From the NCBI RefSeq assembly GCF_009834535.1, contig NC_045697.1, positions 73,782,001 through 73,846,000 of the forward strand: DNA of 64,000 nt, given 5' to 3'. The DNA is from Camelus ferus. Taxonomy: Eukaryota. The notes under the pieces were generated by a model. That model did no database searches and had not been told where the DNA came from. It was given only the letters and a program-made list of their open reading frames with translations. The position numbers and the translations under genes are program-made. Of the stretch, positions 24,737 to 36,976 are shown in pieces (position 1 is the stretch's first letter; each line of letters begins with the position of its first letter).

Positions 24737-25461
24737 CTTGGGGACCAATTATTTTCTCTTTCATAACCTTCGTAGCCTTTCTCCCATGGCATGTCTGTTT
24801 TCCCTGCCAGGAGTGGTCATTCTGCTCTTGTACCCTTACTGAGAAATTCTTCCCAAAATCTCCACACAGAACTCTGAAAGAGATAGGATGATTGTCTGGG
24901 TGAATTATCTCACCCTTCTTGGACAGAACCTTTTGTACCTTAAGAACCGGTCAGTCTTATAGATTATTGACATTATGATGAGTGGACCTTAGTTAGCCAG
25001 GTGCCTACTCTGGTCAAATTAGTCCTGATTTTGCACATAGAGCCTGGTGCTGCTTTCCTGAGCAGGGCAGTTCATAGGGACACTGGGCCTGACTGGCACC
25101 TAACCTGATTGTTCTGAACATTTCATGATTAAATCCTCAGTCTTTTGAATTAACCAATTATCACATACTGAAATGCAGACACTCCTTGCACACAGGAAAT
25201 TACTTACCAATTGTTTAAACTTCTATATGTGAGTTCTCCGGGAAGATCTTGCTGAATCTGAGCTTTTACATTGGAAAAGGAAAAGAAGGCCTGAAATCTC
25301 TGGCTACTTGGTGGAGTAGATGTGCTAAAAAGAAATCAACAAGGGCTTAAAGGGAAGATTAAAAAATCATGAAGGATAATTTTTTCTAGTTTTGCCTAGA
25401 GTAGGCCTTTGGCTTAATGGATTTTCCTAAATATATGGGATCACTTGAAAGATCATGTGGT

Positions 25462-25556
25462 GGAGGAGGGTATAGCCCAGTGGTAGAGTGCATGCTTAGC
25501 ATGCATGAGGTCCTGGGTTCAATCCCCAGTATCTCCATGAAAAAAAAAAATAGAAA
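25462..25556 (+). mobile_element. Vic-1-like SINE, short form
   Basis: GGAGGGTATAGCCCAGTGGTAGAGTGCATGCTTAGCATGCATGAGGTCCTGGGTTCAATCCCCAGT + poly(A); TSD GAAAGATCATG at 25447 and 25557. Confidence 0.93.
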
Positions 25557-25770
25557 GAAAGATCATGCAAAGGCATAAGATGATTAAGACTATGTGACCA
25601 GAAAGGAAGAGGAAGATGGAACAAGAAGATATATGAGGAATATAAACCAGAGGTTGGAGCCTAGAAAAAGAGGAAGAGAATAGAAATTTTGGGAAGTGTA
25701 AGGCCCTAAAGATGTTGTTTGCTGTATATCCTTCTAGTAAACTCTAACACTTAAAATCAGAATTTTCACA

Positions 25771-25947
25771 GGAGACTATATTCAGTTTCTTGCAATGAGC
25801 TGCAATGGAAAAGAAACTGAAACACATATATATATATATGTATGTATGTTTATGTGTAACTGAATCGCTTTGCTGCGTGCATGAAACTAACATGAATCAA
25901 TTACACTTCAATAAAAATTAAGACTTTTTAAAAAATTAAAATATAAA
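25771..25947 (+). mobile_element. Short LINE-1 3' terminal fragment
   Basis: ...TAACTGAATCGCTTTGCTG...ACTTCAATAAAA; degenerate TSD AAAATCAGAATTTTCACA / AAAATCAGCATTTGCACA. Confidence 0.75.
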
Positions 25948-26404
25948 AAAATCAGCATTTGCACAACAGACATATGTACATAGCCATCATTGACTTTTAG
26001 AATTTGGTGATCTGGATGCATCCAAAGGCTTTCAGAGTTTTAAGAAGGATATTCCCTTTTTTAATTTTTCGAGGAATCTCCAATTTGAAATGTACATCAT
26101 CTCAAATATCCGGGCTGTTAGTATACTATTCAGATAATCCAGCATGTTGCATGCAGAAAAAGACAAAATTACCCAAGTGGCGAAAGTCAAATAAAGTAGC
26201 CTCCTGCATCAATGAATTTCAAACTCTAGATGAAGCATATGCATTTTGTATGTAAGAGAAAATCTCAATTGTTCCTTTAAGCTTATATAAGATTTTAAAG
26301 AGTAATCTTTCTAGTATTAACTGGATTGAACTTCTTCATTTTAATCAAAGGCTATACAATCAGGGAATTAAATACTTCAATTTTTAATATTCTCTCTACA
26401 ATAT

Positions 26405-26589
26405 TTATTTCTTAATTGTTCCTCCCTTGTTTCTGCATTCTATCCCTTCCCTGATTAACAACTATTTTAATCTGCCCTTTGGAACTCAGGAACAGAGGCT
26501 GAACGAAGCCTATTTCCTGCAAATAAGAAACAGGAGACATGGAAAGGGTTTGTACCTGGGAGGGCCCTACAGAGTCCTGCTCTGTTTCA
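26405..26589 (-). mobile_element. Fragment of the same LTR family as 33645-34300
   Basis: AATCTGCCCTTTGGAAC...GAAGCCTATTTCCT...TTTGTACCTGG...CCTGCTCTGTTTCA aligns by eye with 34030-34300. Confidence 0.75.
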
Positions 26590-27109
26590 CTAATATAGAA
26601 AACTCTATGAAATTAATATTATTTATTTTTTTGCTTTCCTGCTAAGTATCTCTCTCCTAGTATTAGACTGGAAAGCTCAATGGGTGAATATAGGTGTTCC
26701 AACTTAGTATTTGCTGAATAAGTAGATAAATGCCTAAAATTAAACAAAGGTTTTTTTGACAAAAGATTTTTTTAAACAAATCTTTTTTATCAGAAATATT
26801 CTGTCAAATGTTTTTATCAAAATGCCATCCCGGAAAACCATTTTAATTATGTCTTCTTCTTGTTAGGACTGCTGTAGCTGTCTGTTAAAGACCTAAAGAT
26901 AATATGAATTTCAATTTATATTTAAGCTTTAGCAAGTGGAAACATGCATAAATTCAAAACAATTCTAAAAGGCTCAACTGATTATTTGGTGCATCCCCAA
27001 TGCTGGGTTTTTTGTTTGTTTGTTTGTTTGTTTTTATGCTAGTCTTCGCTGATATGGAATGTGCTAACAAGCTTGCTAAGAAATTATTCCACTGGCCAAC
27101 AATAGAAAT

Positions 27110-27117
27110 CACACACA

Positions 27118-27199
<82 letters not shown>
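27110..27199. repeat. Compound (CA)n(GA)n microsatellite
   Basis: CA run joined directly to a GA run. Confidence 0.98.
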
Positions 27200-27203
<4 letters not shown>

Positions 27204-27378
27204 CTCTTCCTTAGGGTAAATCTTTTCATGTTCATTTTCTCTATTAACAGCCTAAGCCAGGTATCTTTGTTGGCCCCTCCAGGTTCACTCTTCATCCTAC
27301 TTTCTGCTATAGAAGGCTGGCCTGTCTCTAACCACATCAGCAGACCCCTGTATCCTCTAACTCCTGGTGAGTTTATCC

Positions 27379-28005
27379 CAGTGCTCTCTAAGAAAAATGA
27401 TACGATAAATGATACGATATAAACATATTTTAAATTTAATAATTATTTAAACATTTGACTTTTTCTAGTAGCATGTTTTAAAAATTAAAAAGAAACAGGT
27501 AAAATTAGTATTAGCAATGTATCTTATAAAGCATTATCAATACCTTTGAAGTCCCCTACGTGCCTTTCCTAGTCACTCCTCCCTCTCAGCCAGGAATCTC
27601 TAGTCTGAATTTTTTATTTTTAATTCCCTTGCTTTTCTTTATAGTTTCACCACAAATGTAAGTGACTCTAAATAAAAAATACTTTAGTTTGGACTGTTTA
27701 AACGTCATGTAAGTAAACTCATACTACGTGTGTTGTTTTAAAAACCCCAATATCTTATGTTATTACTTATACATAACATCACATATATTGATAAATATAT
27801 ATTTAATAGTACATGTTCATATTTAATATGTTGATTATGTGTCTAAATATTATCCTTCCTATTTTCAATTAATACAAAGTTAGTAATATATTTTCCACTC
27901 TCTTTTTGCACCATGTTTTCAAAATTTGGTGTATATTTTACTCTTACAACATTTTGAGTACTCAGTAGCCATCTGTGACTAGGTTACCATATTAAGCAGT
28001 GCAGT
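27379..28005. mobile_element. hAT-Charlie MITE relic (MER33-like) interrupted by an old L1 fragment
   Basis: TTTTCTAGTAGC...AAAAAGAAACAGGTAAAATTA and TTGAGTACTCAGTAGCCATCTGTGACTAGGTTACCATATTAAGCAGTGCAG resemble the two halves of MER33 (recall). Confidence 0.55.
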
Positions 28006-28462
28006 TTAGCTCATGGAAGACTTGCCTGGCAATGGACCACAGAGAGGCAAGAGTAAATTTGGGGTATTTCTTTCCTGATTCCCTCCCTGGGGGTCACCTC
28101 AGACTGGCTTTGTCCTTCACAGCTCCTCTCAAGCTGGCCTACTCCACACATTGCTTCTCTTCTGAGTTCTGGTAACCATTTCCTCACCTTGCCCCTCTAC
28201 GCCTAGGGATGATAGCAGTGTTCTCTTTTGTTTTCCATAAACCTTTTCCAAACAGCTGTAATATCTCTTTATTAAACACTTCTCAAGTTACCCTTATTTG
28301 AGTATGCCCTCTGTTTCCTGCTGGGACACTTTCTGACTCAACTCTTATTAGAATTTTTCTGAAAGGTTTGAGGGCTATGTCCTTGAAAGTATTATTTCAG
28401 GAATGATCAATTCTAAGTATGTACCTATCAAATGATAGGGTGATATACCCAAAAAGTACACT

Positions 28463-28994
28463 TGTTACCTCAAAAGGGGAAGGGAAAAGACCCCAGTTCT
28501 TGTCTTACCCAAAAGGTAAGAATTCAGACAGGAGATGGAAGCATTGGGTAGCTTAAGATTTTAAAGGTTTTATTAGCAAAGTAAAAGCACACCTCCAAGA
28601 GAGGAGGGCAGCCTGGTCTTTGCTTGTCCCTTCTGTCTTACACCCTGGCTTAGGGGTGGTCTCTTGATTGACGGCTCTTGCTCCTGGAGTGCTTAGTCAT
28701 GCTTGTCCCCTTTTGCACATGTCCTTACCCATGATGCACACAGAAAAACCTACGGGGGAGGTACCTAAACTGCAATACCAATTACATTACAATGAGGATT
28801 GGGTCGTGTCCAGTTAGGTCCTTGTCACTGCCACACCGTTGCTGCTGTCCAGTCCTAACTGGTTTCTTGCTGCACTCATTTAGAGGATGGAAAGCCGTTT
28901 TATGCTGGAGGCGGGCATACTGCCATCTTCCGGACCATCCTCCATCTTCTCCACCTTATCTGCTTGGTGGTCCCACTTATCTACCTACCTAACA
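28463..28994 (-). mobile_element. Solo ERV LTR (class I-like)
   Basis: TGTTA...TAACA inverted termini; 4-bp TSD CACT at 28459 and 28995; AATAAA on the minus strand near 28568. Confidence 0.85.
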
Positions 28995-31900
28995 CACTGA
29001 TAAGCAGAAGAACTCATTGGAATGTGATAGACTAAAATTTGCTTAATGTAATTAAAAGGTGGCTAACAGGCTTATACCTTCTGTATTCAATAACTGTTGC
29101 TCAGCAAAAAAAAAAAAAAAAAAAAAAATTAGCTTAATAGATAATTCACTGGGTTTTATAAAGTTGAAACAATCTAGAAACTTTAAATGTCAGTATTTTC
29201 CCATGTTCCAGGACTTCTGTACACAGTATTCTAGCAAGATTAAAAATTCTGGAAGTCCTGACAAGTCTTACATTTTAGGGATCAAAATATCCTCTTTCAA
29301 AAAGAATGTGAGAAAAAAATGAAATAAAAAAAATATGCTTATGTAAGACAGATACTGATTTTATTAACTTTATATTATTGATTTCTAAGATTTATCTTGA
29401 CTGACAAGGACTGTTGACCAGTTCCAAGAAGGAAATTGTACATAAATTTTACATAAATATCTTTGTAAAAGGTAAATAATATACAGATTGTAGAAAAAAA
29501 AATCCTTGGCACATGTTTTTAATAAGGAAACTCACTCTGTGCCCCTTTATGGAAGAAAAGAAATCTATCCAGTTGAGTAGTGTAATCCCTCATGTAAGCT
29601 ATTTGAGGACATTTTCTAAACACGTTTGGATTTATGGAAATGCATGTGTCTTTTATCACAAACTATGATTACACTTTCAAATATTTTTGAAACACAGAAA
29701 ATTCAATTATTTATTATTCTCTAGGGAAATCTGGACATAAAATATTTGCTTTTTACAATGTTCTTCTTGGTCAAAGAGGCTGTTCATGGGACAGATGGAA
29801 AAATCTATGCTGAAATGAAAAGTACTTGGGGTTCATAGATTGACCTTAACCTAACATGATGAGAACATTTTCTCCTCTAAAAAGTAAAGTGCTTGTTTTT
29901 TTTTCAGAGATCAATAAGGTAGTAACCACATTATTGCAAAATGTCTTTGAATGAGATTCCAGGAGGCATAGTAGAAACAAAAGCACTTACAAAATCAGTT
30001 TTCAGAGCTAAACTCCATTTGTCTCACTGATGCCTGCCAATGCCGTCCATGTTTTGAAACAGTTGGCAGGTGTCCCTAACACCATGACAGTATGGGTGCA
30101 GCCAATTTTCTTGTGGCTAAACCTACTCTTAGATATTGGTTAAAACAGAATGGGGAGTGAGGAGGTTACTCTTAAGCTGTGGGCTTCACCGGTGCATATG
30201 TGGATTCATCTGAAGAAACTCCGATTTTAAGGACAATCACTTGTATAACCACAGGAGAGTTTACCCCAAACCTCGACCACTTAGACTTGGCCACAGAAGC
30301 CTGGTTTTGGAAAACAAACTGTCAAACAGTAAATGAGGCTTCATGCTTACCACCTTCTGCTTCTGCTCCAAAGGATACATTAGTTTAGAATGTTAACAGA
30401 TTAACTTGTTGAATAAGTCTCAAAAAGAGCATTTTCTTTTCTAGGAATGTGTCCAGTGAATTACCCCAAATATTCTCAAACTTCTTAATGCGAATATCTC
30501 TTAGCCAAACCTTAAGCAAAGTTTCACCTACAAAATGCAGTGACCTAGATTTTTAGGTCACTCTTCTTTAGTAAAATATGTTGAGAATTACAGAAGAAAA
30601 AGAACATTGCTAATAAAGGAGGAAGTCTTGCAAATCAGAGGCATTGTGTAACAAACCAAAATATATGTGTAGGTTGGTATCCTGACACTAAACTACTATA
30701 GTGGGAAGCCAAGGCAGGCATTATGCCATCAGAACTTTCTAAATTTCTCTAATGATGATGAATCATGAGATTTCACAACTAGAAGGTAGTAATGTGGTGG
30801 TAACATTAAATGGGGAAAAAGTGCTACCTACTTTTAAAATAGAGTTTAAAATCATACAAAAAGCCATTTTAAAAAGCTGACTCACTTTTCTCAAAATCGT
30901 CTTTCTTCAAAATCTTCAGTAAAGAACATATTACTGGCATTATGTGGTACAACTATTCCTCATAGCGGTGTGACACCCTAAGCGTCTTTGTGTAAACATC
31001 TAAATTAAGATTTTTGTTTTGCAATAAAAAGTAGATCATAGTATTTTGCCCAAATTCAGATACACAATAGGTTGTCAAAAAATTTGATATCGATTGATAA
31101 TACTTAGAAAATTTATATTTATACCAAATAAGACTTCAGGTTCTAGAAATCTGTTTATACAGAGTAATTCTTGAGTCTCTTGGGGAGAAGAGTGTATACT
31201 CAGTACTAATGTTGATATCAGAGTGTAGAGTGCTTTCTTTCCTCTGGAATGAAAACACTTAGGAGAACATTTTAAGATGTTCATTAAAGGCAAACTGTTT
31301 AATCATTTGAAAAACTCACTAAAAAAAAATAATACATGAAAAGGTTTGCCTCTTTATTTTTAAATTGCGTAGATGTGAAGTCCAACTTGGTTCCTCCTTT
31401 GATGAGAGAGGCATTTAAAGCCACTTGGCTGGAAGAGAGAGAAACTTCGCTCCTGCAGCTCAGGCCTCCTTGTGCCAGCTGCTTCCCACCATGAAATGAA
31501 CATAGCTGCCTGGAAGGAAATTTTGCATTAAATCAAAATTTTCCTCTTTTTGTATTTCTCTTACATTCTGAGGAAGTGGAATAAGTCCTCAGCTGAATAA
31601 TAGGCCCTCTTTTCTTTACAACAAACATATTAGAGGTAAAAAATATATAATTCAACAAAAATGAAGAGAAGAGTTTTAAAGTATAGTGTTTGGGGGCTTT
31701 TTTCCCCCCATAGGTTGGCTCTTATTTTCCATCAAGGCATAGTTAGATAAAATTTTTTTCTTAAACCTCTTTTTAGACTTGAGGATTTGAAGTGAGATGG
31801 GGCCAAGTTTAGTATTGCCTTTAATTTTTCTTATCTGTTTTCTTACCTCTTGCTGCTTCAGAAAGTTATAGAAAACACCCAAGAATCAAATACTAAAGCT

Positions 31901-32418
31901 GGTCATTCTATCCTTAAATTTATATATGTTTAATCTAAAGTTTAGAACTTCTGTTTCTTCCATACAGAACTGATTATTGCAGCAAAAAGTCTATCTCTTG
32001 CATTGTATCTTTCTGACATAAACTTCAGATTATCAGTCACTTCCTATAATTGAACCATTATTTATCATTTTAGCATATTTCAAGCTCATTTTTAGAGCAT
32101 GAAGAATTAAATGTTTTAAGTTCAGTCTGTATCTTAGATTGAATTAAATTCAAACTAATTTTAAAGGAGTAAAAGTTTGTAAGATTATTACTTATAAACT
32201 GATTAACCAAATTAAATTTTTGTGTCCAAAAATATGTGAATTTAGAACTATCCTTGTTATTCTGTTATATATTCTTTTAAAGAAACTTCCCAGGAAATTT
32301 TTATGCATTCTAAAGTTTGACAACCATTGCCACAAGGGGCATTCTGTATAATGAGAATAAAGGAAATTTTGAATTTTGTTTAGTGACCAAAAATTTGAAT
32401 TTTTGGTCACCTAATCTG

Positions 32419-32420
<2 letters not shown>

Positions 32421-32467
<47 letters not shown>
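32421..32467. repeat. (CA)n microsatellite
   Basis: Pure AC run. Confidence 0.98.
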
Positions 32468-32468
<1 letters not shown>

Positions 32469-33644
32469 GACTAATTATTATTTGGAAGTAATAATCCATT
32501 GTATTTGATGGATGTACATGCTAAACTGATGTGATAAAGAGCCACCAAAATACAATCTTTTAATAAAACAGAGTTTATTCATTTCTCATGAGTGTTCCTG
32601 GGTAGGTAGTTGGCTCCAATACAGGTGGTCATTTAGGGATCCAGCTTAGTTCTACTTTGTTGCTCTCCCTCCTCTAGAGTGTTGGCCTTGACTCCCTGGT
32701 CCATGATCAACTCTGGTTTTTACCATCATGATTGCAACCTAGCCCACCATAGGGAAAGGAGATGAAACAGAAAGCAATAAAATGTCATCTACAAGTGACA
32801 GATTTTACTTTTATTCACTAGCTAAAATTTAAAGAATTTTTTAAAATTTAGTTTAAGTGATATATCAGAAGACAGCCAGAACACTTCTAACTTCATTAGA
32901 AAGTTTCTAACATTTATTCTTAGTCTTAATTAATATATGCATATGTGATACAATTAATACTAATAAATTATTGTTAATCTTGCTGTAGATAATTATAGCA
33001 ATTGGTGGGCCTATTCTCTTTCATCTTTTCATAAAAAATGCTTACTATATTTCTATCTTGGAAAAGTCCTACCAACTATCTTTTCAAACCTTCAATACAC
33101 AGAGAATGAGCCAGAACTTTACTTAATTCATGGATGAAATGCTAACTGGCTTGGTGAATGTATAAAAGTATACCTGGATAGAATTCTATGCAAAATAATG
33201 GGAGACCAAATAGCAGACACTAAAGAAGAGTAAAAGTAACAATGTGGACAATACTTACCTACCTTGTCCCCAGTGATGACCCCTAACCAGTTATATTTGG
33301 TTTTGCTACAAACTCTGGGTACAAATATAGGTACAGTTAGCCTACTGATTCTTCCTATTTAGTACTTTTTGGGAATGAAATGGGAAATGTTTTAAAGGTG
33401 TTCCTTCAATCAAAACTTACCCCTCAAAAACATCAAATCTCATCACATACCACCAGATTAAATCCATTTCATGACTTCTCATTGCTCTTGTGTTAAAGAC
33501 TCTCCGTTGGGAAGGAAATGAACCCAACATAAATTAGATTGCCCTCAGGAAAGTGGGAAGCTGGGGGGGTGGGGGGTGAATCACATAGTGAAAAATGTCA
33601 AAGGTAGATTACTCTTAGGTTCAGCTAGACGAAGGAACTCAAAT

Positions 33645-34300
33645 TGTTACCAAACACAAGTTCCTGTACCCAATGTACAGTGAGGCCAAACTGAAACATT
33701 AGCGTTTGGAGCAGAGAAAGGTTTATTGCAGGGCCAAGCAAGGCGAACAGGTGGTTCATGCTCGGAAAACCCCAAACTCCCTGATGATTTTCAGGGAGAA
33801 GTTTTTAAAGGCACAATTTGGGATGAGGGCTGCAGGGTGTGTGACTTTCTTTTGATTGGTTGGTGGTGACGTAACAGGGCAGGGCTCCAGCAATCTTGTG
33901 CTCAGTCTGAAATTACCATCCTCCATCTGGGTGGTGCCTTAGTTCCTGCAGAAGAACTCAAAGATACGGTTATATATATTCCTTGAGGAGGAATCAGGAC
34001 CCTGTCCCAAGTCTGCACTATTGTTTCTCAACTGCTCCTCTTTTCTTTCTGCATTTTCCCTTTGCTGATTAGTAACTATTTGAATCTGCCCTTTGGAACC
34101 CAGGGAAGGTCAAGGAGGCTGACTGAAGCCTATTTCCTACAACAAGAAATGGGGAGGGGAGGGTATAGTTCAGTGCTTCAGTGGTAGAGTGCATGGGGTC
34201 CTAGGTTCAATTCTCAGTACCACCATTAAAAAAAAAAAAAAAAGGCAGACATGACAAGTATTTGTACCTGGAGGGTCCCACAGCATCCTGCTCCATTTCA
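33645..34300 (-). mobile_element. Solo ERV LTR (class I-like) containing a SINE
   Basis: TGTTAC...TTTCA termini; 4-bp TSD AAAT at 33641 and 34301; minus-strand AATAAA near 33723 and CCAAT near 33855. Confidence 0.85.
34156..34243 (+). mobile_element. Rearranged short Vic-1-like SINE nested in an LTR
   Basis: GGGGAGGGTATAGTTCAGTG-CTTCAGTG-GTAGAGTGCATG/GGGTCCTAGGTTCAAT...poly(A), with a small internal duplication and deletion. Confidence 0.85.
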
Positions 34301-35860
34301 AAATGAGTCAAATGCTCTCCTTTGGCCTATTTTAGCTGTATTGTCAGGTAAGCTCTATTGTCATTTATGATAGGTGCTAGAAACCACAGGCTTATGTTCT
34401 ATATTTGCAACAATTCCAACAGAAAGAAAATGTCTCTTCCCCAGTCCCAAAACTGTCTCATTGCTTTTGATTTAACTGGCCTAGATATCAAACTGTGGTT
34501 TAGATACCCAGAACCAGTCACTACAGCCAGAGGTTTACAATGTTTTGATTGGCCAGGTCTGCGTCCGCATTGACCTTCTGAAGCTGAAATTGAAGTCAGA
34601 TTCACCTAGTCACGTGTAATGAAAGTGGGGTAGGAGGAGTTCCCCTGGGAAAACCAGGGAGTGGACCTAGAAGAAATGGATTCTGGATAGGCCAAAACAG
34701 ATGTTTATCACAGTTCACTGCCTGCCTCTGCACCAGCCACCAAACTCAAAATTGCCCAACCCTGCATTAAGCAGTAATATATATGGAATCAAAAACATAC
34801 GTACCAGCACCATGCAGGTTTTACCCAGTTACTGAACCCAGGCTGAGTCCAGACTCTCTTGTTCATGTGCATTCCTCACGATTCAGAAACCTACTGTAAA
34901 CTGATACATTTAAGTATCTCCAACAAACATAATATACATTTGTGATGCGGAAACAAAATGACTACTATAAACCTTCTACTTGAAAAGGGGAAATGGGAGG
35001 AGGGGTGACTTGCAATGTGCTTAGTACTCACTGAACAGGAGTAAGGGATCCCTTGTATTGGCTTCAGAGTGAATTTCTTGGGGACCCTTTGGTCTGCTCT
35101 TGGGTGTGTCTTCTGGGATGATTTCCCCTGTAACTTGTCCTGTCTGATCAGAGCTGCGAAAGGCACTGGGGGTGTTTACTTTCTCATTCTCACAGTCCAT
35201 CAGTGGTGTTGTTTCTGTTAGTGTGGGTTTAGGATCCTGACTGAGTATTGCCTTGGGGGTTGAGCAATCACAGCCCTGAGTTTCTGGGTGTTTGAGTTTC
35301 TCTGGAAACACCAGTTCCTTAAAAGTTTAGTAAACTCTACAATCTATTTGTTTCCAGTAAATTCACTGAGTTAACAACAAAAGCCAGTATTCACACAGAG
35401 GCCTAATCCTTGATTCTAGATCCCAAAGGTGTTGTTTCTGTCTTCTAACAATTAGCCTTGATGTTCTGTCAACAGAAGTGGGTGGCTCCTGGTTTCAATC
35501 TTATCTTCTAATTTCACCCTACCCTCCTCACTTTTGCTGGCACTAAATTTAGACTGCAAAGAGGACTTTACTTTTCAAACAGTTATACAGTTTCTGGCTC
35601 CTGGCTGTTTGGGATTGCAGGATAAGGGCGAAAGGCCTGCTCTTGATGTTTTCACTGCTTCCAAATAAACCAGCTTTAACTGCAGCTTGTCCTTTTCTTA
35701 AAGGATGTCACTAAACCTCACAAAAAGGAACCAATACATTTCTGATTTTTTTTTCCAAACATGTCTTCTAATCTCCAGTCTCAGTCAGCCCATACTCAAG
35801 TCCTAAGATACCACAGATAGTAACTTATTCAACTGTTGTTTAATTTCTCAGATAAAGAAA

Positions 35861-36529
35861 TGTAAGCAGATAGGGTAGGGGTGTCTCCAGAGAAAGAGAA
35901 GCAGGCAAAGCTTTCTTGACAGAAGAGAAGCCATTTTTTGGCCTAAGCCCTTTTGTGATCTAAGCCTGGACACAATGCTTGCCCTTGAACAGGTCTCAGT
36001 AATACTGACATTTAAAGAACAAAAGGACATACTTCTTAGGAAAGAGAAGTAACAATAGCAAAGATAACAAACCATTAGTAAAGACTTCCAGACCTATTTC
36101 AATGATAAATTCTAGCCTAAAGCACTGTCTTGAGCTGTTTTGCAGAATTTAAAACCCCAGCCCCCAATCACGGCCCTCGGGTACTCAACCACCAGATCAC
36201 TTGGAACCTAAGGGATGAGGATGTTAACTTTTCCTGACCCTCATGACTTCAATCAACTAAAGTTTCTATTCTGTCGAGCCCCCCCCCCCAACCCCAGCTC
36301 CTTCATGAATTTGCATGTACCCTTAGCTTAAAATTTCCCAGATTTTGCTGGGGTTTTTTTTTGTTGTTGTTCAATTTGGTGGGGGGGGGGGGGAGACCGC
36401 TTGGGGGAAAACCCTCCGTGGTCTCCTTGTTTGCTACATGTAAGAAATCCCTCCTTCTCCTGATCTTTGGTTTCATTGTGTCTTTTGGCTCAACACCCAC
36501 CAAAGGGTGAACCCAGTTTTCCAGTAACA
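35861..36529 (+). mobile_element. Solo ERV LTR
   Basis: TGTAAG...GTAACA termini; TSD GAAA/GAAG (1 mismatch); homologous to the inverted copy at 36977-38140. Confidence 0.8.
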
Positions 36530-36976
36530 GAAGGAGGGGTCCTTATTGTCTCTTTTCTACCTGGACTTGGCTAATTCTGCATTCTAGCTGTCACTACAAT
36601 TTGATTCTTGTACCCTTTAAAAAAATTATAAATCAAGACTCTTCCAGATTTAAGTAACCAAAATATATCTCAAACAGTCTTGCTTGGTAGGAGGAATTTA
36701 CTGATACACAAAAATGAAAAGTTACGGAGCATGGTCTGTTCAGTGACGTCAACTAGACGGCATCTCTCAGCTCCACTTTCCTCTGTGTTGGCTGCGCTGT
36801 AGGAGAAACATTTCCTTTGAGAGAACTGAGCTTTTCCTTCTGGTTGCAATAGCCAGTGATACCAGTAGAAGGCCCAGAGTTGGTTCTGACTGGCCATGGC
36901 TGGTTCAACATGTGCCCACCTTTGAAGCTGAAGGTAGACTGGCTCTCCCTGAGCCTCAGGGTTTGAAGATTGTTTC

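Noticed and set aside
25462..25540. tRNA-like sequence with A and B boxes
   Set aside because: Has a poly(A) tail, TSD and multiple diverged copies, so it is a SINE rather than a tRNA gene
26954..27422. 127-aa and 140-aa ORFs
   Set aside because: Kept open by the (CA)n(GA)n microsatellite (HT and ER repeats); no protein features
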